Source: Antedon mediterranea (lineage: Eukaryota > Animalia > Echinodermata). From it: a DNA stretch of 64,000 nt. Both the position numbers and the translations under genes were made by a program. The stretch covers positions 18,290,001 to 18,354,000 of the forward strand of contig NC_092674.1 of NCBI RefSeq assembly GCF_964355755.1, in the 5' to 3' direction. The notes under the pieces are model-generated. The model was not told where the DNA came from and ran no database searches. It saw only the letters and a list, made by a program, of their open reading frames with translations. Below are positions 62,160-64,000 of the stretch, piece after piece (within the stretch, counting starts at the first letter, position 1; each line of letters starts with the position of its first letter).

Positions 62160-63350
62160 ATGCTTAGTTCACATGCTGAGTCTCTTGTCAACCTATTAGG
62201 CATATTATCAGGGCCTGGTGACTTGTTTATTTTAACATTTCTTAATTGCTTGTACATTTCCCATTATTATACATTAGGAGTCTTTTTGGCAGGTAAGTAC
62301 GTGGGTAGTTACATCAATACTGGTCTGCTTTGAGAAGTCACGGCGAAATAGTACAAATATACTTATTCTAGGATAATCATCATGTGAGATATTATCAATA
62401 CTAATAAAAGGTGGGGCTTTAGTTTTGTTTGCCAGCATTTGAACACCTTGGTGCCATTTACAAGGGTCAGTAGCTTTCAAGTTCAATAAACGTTCATTAT
62501 AGATGTTTCTTCTGCCTTTCTGGATCACTTTCTGTACCATACAGTATTTCTATAGAATTTCCATTCCAGCAATTTACCATGGTTGAAGAAATTGCGTTGC
62601 CGTTTCAAAATGAGATCCTTAGCTTGATGTGAAATCCATAGTTAAGGAACCAGAAAAAAAGTGTTCACATCGGAGGTCAATGTTAAATAGAAAGATTGCG
62701 TTTTCTGCTCAGTAGTACCAGCGTTAATAATCTCATTCCAATCATGGGTAGTTATCCAGCAGCCAAATCCTTCAATACTGTGTGATGTCATTGGTCTTGT
62801 TATACGCTTTTCGATTTTGTTGCTATTCGTTTTTGTAAGCGCAGACACCAGGACACAGTTATGGTCGCTAGCACCTATAGGCGAGATAATGTGGGGGTTG
62901 CGAATATCTAGTATTGCATCCCCTCGCGTTGGTTCTTTCACAATTTGCTTTAAGTTATGGGCACGTCGACATATTGGGGCTAGAAGCCAGTGTCTGGGTG
63001 TCTCAGGTTATTAATAGACTTTGTAATGTGTTCCAACAGCAACTGTTTATCAGGAGAATTTGGTGGGATGTATACTCCATAAATTATATAGATGATACAG
63101 TTCTAGGAAGAAAAACCTGTGGCGAACCTAGTGCCGGCAGGCAAGGCCTGGCTGGTAAATGTTGCGTGTTCGATGGCGGCAGTAGTTTGTTAGGCTTAGC
63201 GAACTAATGGTCAATTTTCAATTTATAACCACATTATGTGGTATTTGTTTCACAGAATACATCACATTAATTATACTAAAACAGCGACAGACGTCCACAA
63301 AACCAACAAAATGCCAATCACAAACAGGAATTTCAGAGACAAAAATTGCA
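62160..63350 (-). pseudogene. Decayed LINE ORF2 5' part (endonuclease/linker)
   Basis: VKEPTRGDAILD, PIGASDHNCV, DPCKWH in broken frames. Confidence 0.65.
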
Positions 63351-63591
63351 GGTACATATAAGAATGGTGACAGCTAAAAAGCACCCTCTACGTTGAGTTG
63401 TTGTTTTCCTTCTTGTTTGTGAACCCCACTACGAAAAAAATCCCCCTTCACCCCATAAAACATCATTTGGAATGAACGAATAAACGCTTTGAAAGTATGA
63501 TGTCTCAATTTCAACAATATCCAACAATGTATTATCAAATATACTGTATAAATTTCCAGGAAACTAATTACAGTTTTTTTTGGATCACTAG

Positions 63592-63866
63592 GTAATCATT
63601 GTATCCAGTACTAGTTCTCATCTGAAATCTGCAATGCTTGAAAGAACACAGAATCTCAACACATCCAGATATTCATCTAGTTCTTATCTAAAATCTCAAT
63701 TTTCAACTAGTTATTTACGGAACAGGATGGCTGCAACTGTTGTGTCACCCTCTATGGAGCAGTCAAGTATGACTACCTCACCTGAACAGTTAGACAAAAA
63801 TGTACCAGTAAACACTGTATCAGCAAGCTCTAAGCCCCTCACAAGTAATACTACTACTTTTACAGT
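63592..63866 (+). CDS. EMSY: EMSY internal exon (3' boundary uncertain)
   Basis: Branch-like ACTAAT, T-tract and TAG acceptor at 63591. VIIVSSTSSHLKSAMLERTQN resembles EMSY VIIVTTSPSSTFVPNILSKSHN; Ser/Thr-rich. Confidence 0.65.
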
Positions 63867-64000
63867 TTTGTTTTTTAATTTCTTTAAATTTCATTTCTTT
63901 GGCTTAGTTTTCTAGTCAAATCATAAACAATATTATACTGTGATGTGTTGTACAGTGTTCATTCAAAATCCATATTGGGAAAAATCTTTCCATATTTTTC

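Overview
AT-rich, intron-containing animal genomic DNA, probably a marine invertebrate (the taxon cannot be fixed from sequence). Two host genes point away from each other: the first coding exon of ARGLU1 (minus strand, ~7 kb) and five recognisable exons of EMSY (plus strand, 37.6-63.9 kb). Between them is a full-length 15.7-kb Polinton/Maverick (adintovirus-like endogenous DNA virus) at 9593-25284, with AGTAGT...ACTACT ends and a 6-bp CCTATG target-site duplication (TSD). It carries the core set: protein-primed PolB, integrase, major and minor capsid proteins, adenain protease, packaging ATPase and two putative membrane-lytic/core proteins. It also carries three accessory genes: a Bcl-2-like gene with a candidate C-terminal intron, a tandem PC4-domain protein, and a SIM/Zn-finger/LxCxD protein. 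The PolB gene appears to have two phase-0 introns that add an N-terminal extension missed by the ORF track. The rest of the window is nested transposon debris: a Mag-like Gypsy element with identical LTRs, a CR1 inside an L2-like LINE, a CORE-like SINE, a Penelope remnant with a decayed hammerhead, and several MITE/foldback elements. All calls come from reading motifs by eye; no database searches were run.
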